In this document: positions 37,573 through 46,215 of the stretch, piece by piece
Position numbering within the stretch: position 1 is the stretch's first letter
Layout: each line of letters starts with the position of its first letter
DNA from: a virus
IMG/VR virus record: IMGVR_UViG_3300027659_000020
Coordinates: 25,557 to 89,556 of that record
Length of the DNA: 64,000 bases
Strand: one strand, 5' to 3'
Made by a program: the position numbers and the translations under genes
The notes under the pieces: generated by a model
Databases searched by the model: none
What the model was told of the DNA's origin: nothing
Seen by the model: only the letters and a program-made list of their open reading frames with translations

Positions 37573-39489
37573 ATGAGCAACGTTTCCCTAACATCAGCAC
37601 AGATATCAACTGCTACACAAACCGTTAGCTCGATATATCCGCTGGCACAGACATTTGTAATAGATACTCCCGGCGGGGCCTTTGTAACATCACTTGATCT
37701 TTTCTTTAAACAGAAAGACACTATTGATAGCATGCCAGTGACTGTGCGTCTACGGACTATTGAGAATGGCACACCAACCTCTGTTATCATTCCTTTCTCA
37801 ACAGTAACAGTATCTGCAGCAAACATTGCAGTATCTGCTGCTGCAGCAACCCCAACTCGATTCACATTTGAGGCTCCTATATTTCTGCGTGATACCACTG
37901 AGTATTGCTTTGAAATCACGGCCAATTCTGGGCTATACAAACTATGGTGTGCAAATATTGGCGGAAGAGATGTTATAAACCCATCATTCTTGATTGACAA
38001 GCAGCCATATAGCGGAGTGATGTTTAAGTCACAGAATGCATCAACCTGGACTCCGGAGCTCACCAAGGATATTAAGTTCACGATGTACCGTGCAAACTTT
38101 TTGACATCCGGATCTGTTGTGCTAAATGAGGCAACGATTCCTCCTGTTACACTGGATGCTAATCCGCTTGAGACATATACCACCACTCTTGCTGTAACTG
38201 GCATGGATATTATCGCTGGCACCACTGGCGGCGATGCTGGATACAAAGTAATTACTGTTACGTTATCCAATATATCGCCGAATACCGGTAATACCGGCTT
38301 GGCGGTAAACGATTCGATCACTATCTCCGGTGCTACCAATGCACCAAATGGAACATGGCTCATTACCTCTATTCCAGTCGGTTCCGGAACCGACTTCGTA
38401 TTTCGTGTTCCATCTACAAACACTGTTGCTATTCCGTCGCCGCGTGTCTTAATCACTACTGGACTCGGGCTGGTGGTAAAAGGCTCAAAGACCGTTCGCG
38501 TATATCATCCGGATCATGGCCATGTTGCAGCGGCCGCAGAGGTAGTTATTGCTGGTATTGTTGCAGGTACTACAGTCAATGGTATTCCAGCAGCATCAAT
38601 CAACGGAACTCATGAAGTGACATCAGTTGAGCAGGATTCATACACCATTGAGATTGCTTCTGCTTCGCCTTTGTACTTAGCTGCTACTGCAGCTGGTCGA
38701 TGCGGTGGAAACGCAGTTACTGCTACTGAGAATCGTATGTTCGATGTGCTATATCCGAATGTCCAGCAATTGGCATTTCAGACTACCAATACTAATTGGT
38801 CAGTTCGCACTACTAACGGAAAATCGCTGGCAGGCGACGAAAGTCCTTATAGCAACCTAGAAAGTTACTATAACATTCCGGTTAATTCTAGCGTCTATAT
38901 GCCTTCTCCTAAGGTCATTCGCTACGACCCCTCTAACCCTACCACGAAGAGTTTCTATCTGAAAGCCACGATGACCAGTGAGACAACTACACTCTCACCG
39001 GTAATTGATCTAAACCGAGTATCTGTTGTCACAATCAATAACCGTCTGGATAATCCTGCTGCAACTGACATAAGCGAACATAATGTAGTACTGAATTATA
39101 AACCAGAAACTACAGCACACGGATCATCTGCTTTGGCAAAGTATATCACTCGTCGCATTGATTTGAGTCATGCTGCATTTGCGCTGAGAATGTTTATCTC
39201 GATCAATCGGCCGGCCGGGAGCAGTATCGATGTTTACTATAAGATTCTTGCTACTGACAATTCAGATATAGACTTTGATTCTTTGCCATGGGCTGCAGTA
39301 TCGCCAAACTCTTCTATTCCCACAAGTTCTAATCCAAATAACTATACCGAGATCGAGTATAATGTCACTGAAGAAGCGCTGAATAATAATTCAGGATTTA
39401 CCGCATTTGCAGTAAAGATTGTATTCCTCTCAAGCAATTCATCTGCCGCGCCGTCCTGCCGCGATTTCCGCGCAATTGCAGTGACATAA
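37573..39489 (+). CDS. large virion structural protein (VrlC-like), C-terminal part
   Basis: PLAQTF, FVTSLDLFF, GVMFKSQNASTWTP, LSPVIDL, AKYITR, FAVKIV...DFRAIA. Confidence 0.85.
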   Translation: MSNVSLTSAQISTATQTVSSIYPLAQTFVIDTPGGAFVTSLDLFFKQKDTIDSMPVTVRLRTIENGTPTSVIIPFSTVTVSAANIAVSAAAATPTRFTFEAPIFLRDTTEYCFEITANSGLYKLWCANIGGRDVINPSFLIDKQPYSGVMFKSQNASTWTPELTKDIKFTMYRANFLTSGSVVLNEATIPPVTLDANPLETYTTTLAVTGMDIIAGTTGGDAGYKVITVTLSNISPNTGNTGLAVNDSITISGATNAPNGTWLITSIPVGSGTDFVFRVPSTNTVAIPSPRVLITTGLGLVVKGSKTVRVYHPDHGHVAAAAEVVIAGIVAGTTVNGIPAASINGTHEVTSVEQDSYTIEIASASPLYLAATAAGRCGGNAVTATENRMFDVLYPNVQQLAFQTTNTNWSVRTTNGKSLAGDESPYSNLESYYNIPVNSSVYMPSPKVIRYDPSNPTTKSFYLKATMTSETTTLSPVIDLNRVSVVTINNRLDNPAATDISEHNVVLNYKPETTAHGSSALAKYITRRIDLSHAAFALRMFISINRPAGSSIDVYYKILATDNSDIDFDSLPWAAVSPNSSIPTSSNPNNYTEIEYNVTEEALNNNSGFTAFAVKIVFLSSNSSAAPSCRDFRAIAVT

Positions 39490-39494
39490 CGAGT

Positions 39495-39725
39495 ATGGCA
39501 TCTGCTGGACATTCTATTGTAAAAGAGGATCCATCGCTAACACGGGATGGATCCAATAGTGCTATCATAAATAGAAACAATAATGACTACTTTCGACGTC
39601 TTTCCATTAAACGCGCCACACAGGCTAAGGAAATAGAGATGGAAAAACTTAAGTGTGAAGTATCCGAACTCAAGGATTTAGTCAAACAGCTTATCTCGGT
39701 GCAGCAGAATAATCTTTCAAAGTAA
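39495..39725 (+). CDS. small conserved coiled-coil protein
   Basis: LTRD..SAIIN motif of the gene that typically follows VrlC-like genes. Confidence 0.75.
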   Translation: MASAGHSIVKEDPSLTRDGSNSAIINRNNNDYFRRLSIKRATQAKEIEMEKLKCEVSELKDLVKQLISVQQNNLSK

Positions 39726-39731
39726 AACATC

Positions 39732-40541
39732 ATGGCAACTCAACAGGTATATCGTACTGACACATTCGAGCAATGGCGCGTTAAGTCAAATGAGAATGCT
39801 GGTACGCTGCAGTCGCTTCAGGGCATTGTTGCTGCAGTTCAGGCCATTACTGGCGCTCAAGGATTGCAAGGCATTCAGGGGCGCCAAGGTGTTACTGGAT
39901 CTCAAGGTACTCAAGGCCAACAAGGTATTACTGGAGCTGGCACACAAGGTATTCAAGGAATCCAAGGTGTCACCGGTGCTCAAGGCACAGTTGGAACTGC
40001 TGGTCCGTCAACCGCGATTAACTCCGCTGCAAATACCAACGATACCATACTATACCCAGTAATGGTTGGCGCCACAGGTTCAATTCAGGCACCACAGTCA
40101 ACTACTACAGTTGGGTATTTCCAGTTCAATCCATCTACTGGCGATTTAGGAATTAAAAGCCTGAGTGTTGGTGGGCCCACTGGATCTGCAGTTGCAGGTG
40201 AAATCCGTGCTACTGGTAATATTACTGCATACGCTGCATCTGACGAGCGCCTTAAGACCAACATCGTCAAGATCGATAATGCTCTCAACAAACTATCTCA
40301 GATTGACGGTGTGATCTATAACTGGAACAACGAATATAAGAAAATACATGGTCAGGTAGATGGATATTTCGTGCGCGACAATAACTCCGGTATCATTGCT
40401 CAGCAGGTTGAAGCGGTATTTCCAAATGTAGTAGCTACGCGTCCTGATGGATATAAAGCTGTGCGCTACGAATTGCTCGTTCCTCTACTTATTGAAGCCA
40501 TCAAAGAATTGAAGGCTGAAGTAGATTTACTTAAAAAATAA
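39732..40541 (+). CDS. short fibre with collagen-like repeats and C-terminal S74 intramolecular chaperone
   Basis: TDTFEQWRVKSN N-terminal motif; GxQ repeats; SDERLK...GIIAQQVE...[17 protein letters not shown]. Confidence 0.85.
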   Translation: MATQQVYRTDTFEQWRVKSNENAGTLQSLQGIVAAVQAITGAQGLQGIQGRQGVTGSQGTQGQQGITGAGTQGIQGIQGVTGAQGTVGTAGPSTAINSAANTNDTILYPVMVGATGSIQAPQSTTTVGYFQFNPSTGDLGIKSLSVGGPTGSAVAGEIRATGNITAYAASDERLKTNIVKIDNALNKLSQIDGVIYNWNNEYKKIHGQVDGYFVRDNNSGIIAQQVEAVFPNVVATRPDGYKAVRYELLVPLLIEAIKELKAEVDLLKK

Positions 40542-40543
40542 GA

Positions 40544-40571
40544 TTTACTTCTGGCAGGACATATACATAAT
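40544..40571 (+). promoter_or_regulatory. T4-early-like promoter for the glyco-cassette
   Basis: TTTACT-16bp-CATAAT. Confidence 0.5.
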
Positions 40572-40598
40572 GATGATCGGCATGCACGCCGTCATCTT

Positions 40599-41609
40599 AT
40601 GAATAACTTCGTCAAATCTGCTATCCAAGCTGGTGGATCGATCCACCCTCTAATTGTTCCGTCTAATCTAACGGGCGGAACTGGCCTGATGAATCCGTCT
40701 GTCTTCAATGACAACGGTAAGATTCTGGTAAATATCCGGCATGTGAACTACACGTTCTACCATTCCGAGAATAAGGTATTTCTGCACCCATGGGGTCCGC
40801 TGACATATCTCCATCCTGAGAATGACCTCAAGCTCAGGACCACGAATTATTACTGCGAGATGGATGATAAGCTCAACATTTCGCGTCTCGACAAAATCGA
40901 CATGACGTTTGGCGATAGCCAGTACACACCAATCTGGGACTTCATCGGTCTCGAGGATGCGCGCCTATTTCGGTGGGATGGCAAGTTGTATATCTGCGGT
41001 GTGCGCCGCGATACCACCACGAATGGCCAAGGGCGCATGGAACTCTGCGAGATTGTGGTTGGGCCTGACTCAGTCAAGGAAGTAAGCCGCTTCCGTATTC
41101 CTGCACCAAATAATCCAAACTCATACTGTGAGAAGAACTGGATGCCAGTACTCGATATGCCATACCACTTCGTCAAGTGGTCAGCACCTACTGAAGTTGT
41201 TCAGGCATTTCCTGAGACCAAGGAGTGTAAGACAGTAGTAATGAATGAGAATAGTAGCCCAGAGAATAAGCCAGGACTTCGCCGAGATGTTCGCGGTGGT
41301 TCTCAGATTGTTCCACTGGGTAATGGCAATCGAATTGCTATGACTCATGAGGTCGATCTGTTTAGCTCAGAGGTTGGGCGAAAAGATGGTGTCTACCATC
41401 ACCGCTTTCTGATGTGGGATAAAGACTGGAATATCGTTAAGTACTCAAAGGAATTCTTTATGATGGACGGCCGCGTAGAATTCGGTGTGGGTATGTGCCA
41501 TCTCAATGATCGCGAACTGCTCATTACCTTTGGTTTCCAAGACAATGCAGCATATATTCTGCGAGTTCCCACACAGCACGTAATTAACTTTATCAATGAA
41601 AATTCTTGA
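40599..41609 (+). CDS. beta-propeller glycoside hydrolase/phosphorylase-like protein
   Basis: MNPSVF, GLEDARLF, EKNWMP, RGGS, VEFGVG, ITFGFQD. Confidence 0.7.
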   Translation: MNNFVKSAIQAGGSIHPLIVPSNLTGGTGLMNPSVFNDNGKILVNIRHVNYTFYHSENKVFLHPWGPLTYLHPENDLKLRTTNYYCEMDDKLNISRLDKIDMTFGDSQYTPIWDFIGLEDARLFRWDGKLYICGVRRDTTTNGQGRMELCEIVVGPDSVKEVSRFRIPAPNNPNSYCEKNWMPVLDMPYHFVKWSAPTEVVQAFPETKECKTVVMNENSSPENKPGLRRDVRGGSQIVPLGNGNRIAMTHEVDLFSSEVGRKDGVYHHRFLMWDKDWNIVKYSKEFFMMDGRVEFGVGMCHLNDRELLITFGFQDNAAYILRVPTQHVINFINENS

Positions 41610-43053
41610 TTGCTTTCCATACTTTAACGAGAAAGAGCTGATGGAGTTTCGTATCCGTCTGCTGTCTCCAGTTGTAGATCATTTTGTGATCTGTGATGCA
41701 AACCGCACGCACAATGGCGATCCTAAGCCATTTAGCGCTCGCAAGACTCTTGAAGAACTTGGCTTATTTAATGAAAAAGTAACTGTTATAGAGATCACCT
41801 TGCCATCGCGCGAGGAAGTCCCGGACAACTGGATTCGCGAGAATTTGCAGCGCGATGCTTTAACTCGTATGGTTACTGACTATGAGACAGTCTGTATTGT
41901 TACCGATACAGATGAGATCATGGATCCGTCCTTCGTGAAGTATTATGCTAATGTAGCATACCAGAACAAGAAAGGAATCCTGCGTATTCCAATGGCCTAT
42001 CTTAACGCAAAAGCTGATCTTCAGCTTATTGCCGACAATGGAAGCGATGCGCTCTGGGCCTCAGGTTTCATGGGTATGAAGCATCATTTTGACTGCTACT
42101 CTCCAAGTAAGATTCGTGAGTCTCATGCATGGCGCAGAAACAACGTCAAGTTTGCAGATATGTTTCAGCTTGATGGGGGTATTAACTTAATGGCCGGATG
42201 GCACTTTGCATGGATGGGCGGGCGCGAAAAGATGCTAGAAAAATGGCAAGCGTTTGCAGATCAGAATGACAAGCTGCCTACTGCAGCTGGCGCGGGCAAT
42301 AAACAAGAAGTTGAGAAGTTCATTTCAGCATATGATCCTCAGCAAGGATCTACTGATCCGATCGGCCGAACAAATCACCGCCTGCGTAGATACCCGATTC
42401 ATTCTCTGCCACGACAAGTATTCGAGCATAAACGCATTAAGAACTACTTATTCCCGCCAGAATTCAAACGCGAGCACTTCCATGAGAATGATGCAATCTT
42501 CGGCGAGAACTGGTTCACATATCCAAACCTTTATCGAGAGATGGTTAACCGCTTTCCGTCTGGTAGCAAGTTCGTGGAAGTAGGTGTCTGGAAAGGGCGG
42601 TCGATTGCATATCTTACCACCGAAGTTTACAACTCAAAAAAGAACATCGAGTGCTACTGCGTGGATACCTGGGAAGGATCATCTGAGCATAAGACGAATG
42701 GCAGCTGGGCTGTAAGCGATAAAGAGCTTGCAGGCTTATATGACATCTTTGAGAACAATCTTCTGCCATTGAAAGAGTACTGTATTCCGATGAAGATGGA
42801 ATCACTGAAAGCGGCCGAACGATTCAATGATGAATCGGTAGACTTCGTTTTCATCGATGCAGCCCACGAGTATGAGCTTGTAAAAGCTGACATTCTTAAG
42901 TGGTATCCCAAAGTTAAGAAAGGCGGGGTTTTTGCGGGGCATGACTGCTATCCGAACAACCCAGAATTTGGTGGTGTATATAAAGCTGTAACCGAGATCT
43001 TCGGCACCGGCTTTCGCGTGAATGAAAATTGTTTTATCGTGGACAAACTATGA
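41596..43053 (+). CDS. GT17-like glycosyltransferase fused to class I SAM methyltransferase
   Basis: DCFPYFNEKEL, WIRENLQRD, TDTDE, AGWHFAWMG; VEVGVWKGRS, VDTWEGS, FIDAAHEY, AGHD. Confidence 0.85.
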   Translation: MKILDCFPYFNEKELMEFRIRLLSPVVDHFVICDANRTHNGDPKPFSARKTLEELGLFNEKVTVIEITLPSREEVPDNWIRENLQRDALTRMVTDYETVCIVTDTDEIMDPSFVKYYANVAYQNKKGILRIPMAYLNAKADLQLIADNGSDALWASGFMGMKHHFDCYSPSKIRESHAWRRNNVKFADMFQLDGGINLMAGWHFAWMGGREKMLEKWQAFADQNDKLPTAAGAGNKQEVEKFISAYDPQQGSTDPIGRTNHRLRRYPIHSLPRQVFEHKRIKNYLFPPEFKREHFHENDAIFGENWFTYPNLYREMVNRFPSGSKFVEVGVWKGRSIAYLTTEVYNSKKNIECYCVDTWEGSSEHKTNGSWAVSDKELAGLYDIFENNLLPLKEYCIPMKMESLKAAERFNDESVDFVFIDAAHEYELVKADILKWYPKVKKGGVFAGHDCYPNNPEFGGVYKAVTEIFGTGFRVNENCFIVDKL

Positions 43054-44249
43054 ATCGTACTTCCTTAATTAACTCGCTGATCGCCAAGATCGGCGCTAAA
43101 TCTTATCTTGAGATCGGTGTGCACCAAGGTGAGAACTTTAATAAGATCTGCTGTGCTAATCGTACGGCAGTTGATCCGGTCACGCCACCACCAATAACGG
43201 GAGAGTACAAGTACTTTCATAGCACATCAAATGAATTCTTCAATTCAATTGCTGATGACCATATGTTCGATGTCATCTTTATCGATGGACTTCATACTGC
43301 TGCTCAGGTAAAGCTTGACATCAGCAATGCAATGAAACGTCTGAGTACCGGAGGCTTCATTCTTTGCCATGATATGAATCCTTTGATTGAGGAGCACCAG
43401 ACACCGGAGTACAATGGTGGGCATTGGAATGGAGATTGCTGGAAAGCATTTGTGGAACTGCGTGCTAAAAATACAGACTGGAATTTTGCCACTGTTGATA
43501 CTGATCAGGGGTGTGGCGTGATCTGGAAAGGAGTTGGTAATACGTTCACAAATCGTCTTCCTCTTACATGGAATAACTTTAAGCAGAATCGTGCAAATTG
43601 GCTAAATCTAATAAGCGTGCAGCGGTTTGTTAATGATATTCTCGGCGGTGCACAACTGCCTATTCTGCTCAATACATATCTGGGCGATCCGGAATATGAT
43701 GAGAACAACTTCGCGCTTGCAATGTACTATGACGGCATTGGACAGAAAGCCTCTGCTATTTCATTCTACATCCGTGCAGCTGAACGTTCCAGCAATGTCT
43801 TACTACAGTATGAGTCATTAGTGCGCGCAGCGCTGTGTTTCATTTCTCAGGGAACGCGCGGTCTTTCAGTACGTGGATTGCTGCAGCGTGCGATGGCACT
43901 TCTTCCTAAGCGGCCTGAAGCATACTTCTTGCTAAGCCGTTGGTGGGAACGTGACGCTACAGTAGAAGGTTGGGTCAACGGTTATACTTTAGCATCAATG
44001 GGACTAGTGATTGCAAACGATACCAGCTCGCCATTGCGTACCTGGGTAGAATATCCCGGCCCATATGGACTCATGTTTGAGAAGGCTGTGACAGGATGGT
44101 GGGTAGGTCAATGTGCTGAGGCGCGTGATATTTTCAGCGATCTGCTACTTAACTACAATCTAGATGATGGCCATCGAGTGTCTGTCATCAATAATCTAAA
44201 GCATCTTAAGTCATACACACCAGAAATGATTGCTAAATTCGGTGCCTGA
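43050..44249 (+). CDS. SAM methyltransferase (Methyltransf_24-like) plus TPR-like helical domain
   Basis: YLEIGV, FIDGLH, GGFILCHD, WNGDCWK; C-terminal PKRPEAYFLLSR. Confidence 0.8.
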   Translation: MNRTSLINSLIAKIGAKSYLEIGVHQGENFNKICCANRTAVDPVTPPPITGEYKYFHSTSNEFFNSIADDHMFDVIFIDGLHTAAQVKLDISNAMKRLSTGGFILCHDMNPLIEEHQTPEYNGGHWNGDCWKAFVELRAKNTDWNFATVDTDQGCGVIWKGVGNTFTNRLPLTWNNFKQNRANWLNLISVQRFVNDILGGAQLPILLNTYLGDPEYDENNFALAMYYDGIGQKASAISFYIRAAERSSNVLLQYESLVRAALCFISQGTRGLSVRGLLQRAMALLPKRPEAYFLLSRWWERDATVEGWVNGYTLASMGLVIANDTSSPLRTWVEYPGPYGLMFEKAVTGWWVGQCAEARDIFSDLLLNYNLDDGHRVSVINNLKHLKSYTPEMIAKFGA

Positions 44250-44250
44250 G

Positions 44251-45813
44251 ATGAATCCACTAGAAGGATTTCCTCCAGTCTACTGGATCACACTAGCTGA
44301 TTCAGTAGATCGTCATACCTCAATGAAACAGCAGTTCGCTGAGTTTGACTTAATTGCTACAACAAAGATGGCGCACGGAAACGGTGTGGGATTCGATGGC
44401 CGAACTAACGACTATCGAAACCACCCAGCTGTGCGCGGCCCATACTTTGTCTCTATGAAGTCGCAGGAGATTGCAGTCTCGCTTGGACATATTGAAATGC
44501 TCAATGCATGGCTGAAGACATCAGATTCTGAGTATGCAGTATTTCTGGAAGATGATGTTAACTTACGCAATTGCTACAACTGGAGCTTTACCTGGAAAGA
44601 GTTTGCTGCATCGCTACCTGCAGACTGGGACTGTATTCAGATGTGCCTCATCAAAGCTGAGGAGATTCCTAGCATCTGCTTTCGCGCTCGTGTGACTGCA
44701 GATTGGTCAGTGACAGCATATCTGATGCGCCGAGAATATGCCCAGAAACTGGTAGATTGGTATATTAAAGATACCAATTACCAAATCGATGTGCCCGGCG
44801 ATTCAAAGGCTATTCCGATTGTGGAGAATCTAATGTACTTTCCAGGAAAGACATACATCGCTCCGCTATTTACTGAAATGAACACCTTCAGCACTAATTT
44901 TACAGTTGCTGGAAAGAAGGTGAAAGACTACAATGCTGATTCGTGCAGAGACGTCACCAGCTGGTGGCTAAATAATGGAAAGGTTACCTCGCTATACAAG
45001 TTTATGAATACTCAAGTTGAAGCACCAGAAATCCCAATGATCGGCACTGCTGTTGTTAAGAACACCAAGTGGCTTAAGCGACTAATTGGCAGCGTAGATC
45101 ATCCAGTCAAAGAATTCTTCGTTATCAATAACAATGGTAAAGGTGAGATCGATGCAGAGCTTGATGAAATTGCTAAGACACCGCATCCATTCATCGGGAA
45201 AATCCGAGTAACCCATATGCCCGCCAATATTGGTGTAGCTGCATCATGGAATCTAATGATTAAGGCATATATGAAGTGCCCATATTGGATTATAGTAAAT
45301 GATGACGTGGCTTTTGGCGAAGGATTTTTGAAAGAGATGCACAATGAGACTCTGAAAGATCCTTCTTTAGGAACGATTCATGGTTACCAAGGTGAGCACG
45401 GTATTGGCAGCTGGGACCTCTTTCTGATTCGAGATCATGTCATTGCAGAGTATGGTCTATTTGACGAGAATCTCTATCCAGCGTATAACGAGGATTCTGA
45501 CTATTTTCTGAGGTTTATACACAAGCCAATTCGCAGGCTGATGAGTCTAAAGTCTGAGTATTATCATGGAGAAGGCAAGAAAAACGAGTACCACATTCAC
45601 GGTAGCCAGACTCGAAAGACTGATCAGGTTATGAGCAGTAAACTTGACAGAGCTAATGAGCTAAATATAGAGTATATGACTCGTAAATGGGGCGCTGGCT
45701 GGCGTCATTGCTCTCCTACCGAGACGCCCTTCAGCGACTGTAATGGAGCGTTTCCAATTTCATCTACCACATATGATTTAAGGTTTGTTAGACAGAAGCA
45801 CCTTGGATTTTAG
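44251..45813 (+). CDS. GT25-like glycosyltransferase fused to GT2-like domain
   Basis: VYWITL..DR, FDGR, SLGH, VFLEDD, LPADWDCIQ; NIGVAASWN, IVNDD, GLFDENLYPAYNED. Confidence 0.8.
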   Translation: MNPLEGFPPVYWITLADSVDRHTSMKQQFAEFDLIATTKMAHGNGVGFDGRTNDYRNHPAVRGPYFVSMKSQEIAVSLGHIEMLNAWLKTSDSEYAVFLEDDVNLRNCYNWSFTWKEFAASLPADWDCIQMCLIKAEEIPSICFRARVTADWSVTAYLMRREYAQKLVDWYIKDTNYQIDVPGDSKAIPIVENLMYFPGKTYIAPLFTEMNTFSTNFTVAGKKVKDYNADSCRDVTSWWLNNGKVTSLYKFMNTQVEAPEIPMIGTAVVKNTKWLKRLIGSVDHPVKEFFVINNNGKGEIDAELDEIAKTPHPFIGKIRVTHMPANIGVAASWNLMIKAYMKCPYWIIVNDDVAFGEGFLKEMHNETLKDPSLGTIHGYQGEHGIGSWDLFLIRDHVIAEYGLFDENLYPAYNEDSDYFLRFIHKPIRRLMSLKSEYYHGEGKKNEYHIHGSQTRKTDQVMSSKLDRANELNIEYMTRKWGAGWRHCSPTETPFSDCNGAFPISSTTYDLRFVRQKHLGF

Positions 45814-45827
45814 TAATTGATTCTATG

Positions 45828-45835
45828 TATAAATA
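45828..45835 (+). promoter_or_regulatory. T4 late promoter
   Basis: TATAAATA. Confidence 0.75.
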
Positions 45836-45845
45836 GACGCTATAT

Positions 45846-46181
45846 ATGGCTGTCTATGCAAATTTCTCGGTTGATTCTGGAATTAGTTTTACCACAACAC
45901 TTACAGTTGAGGGCTTAGATGGCATGGTTTTTGACCTGACAGGATACACAGCTAGAGGCCAGATTCGCAAAACATATTTGTCTACTACAGCAGTTGATTT
46001 TGTAACAGAAATCAACGAGCCAGTTCATGGCAAACTCGTTTTGCACTTAAGTGCAGTGACTACTGCAACGATGAAGCCGGGCCGTTATCAATTCGATGTT
46101 GAAATTGTTTCTGCCGCTATTGTGATGCGCGTTGTTGAAGGGCAGATCGAGGTTAATCCTCGCATTACTCGCCCTTCATAA
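45846..46181 (+). CDS. small virion/fibre adaptor protein
   Basis: DLTGYTARGQIRK...GRYQFDVEI..RVVEG motif common in T4-like structural regions. Confidence 0.75.
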   Translation: MAVYANFSVDSGISFTTTLTVEGLDGMVFDLTGYTARGQIRKTYLSTTAVDFVTEINEPVHGKLVLHLSAVTTATMKPGRYQFDVEIVSAAIVMRVVEGQIEVNPRITRPS

Positions 46182-46215
46182 TCTTTAGCCTGAATTGCAC
46201 TGATCAATCGCAAAA

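Noticed and set aside
37487-37575. Stop-codon readthrough or alternative genetic code joining the VrlC halves
   Set aside because: The halves are in different frames, and all three stop codons terminate conserved genes normally.
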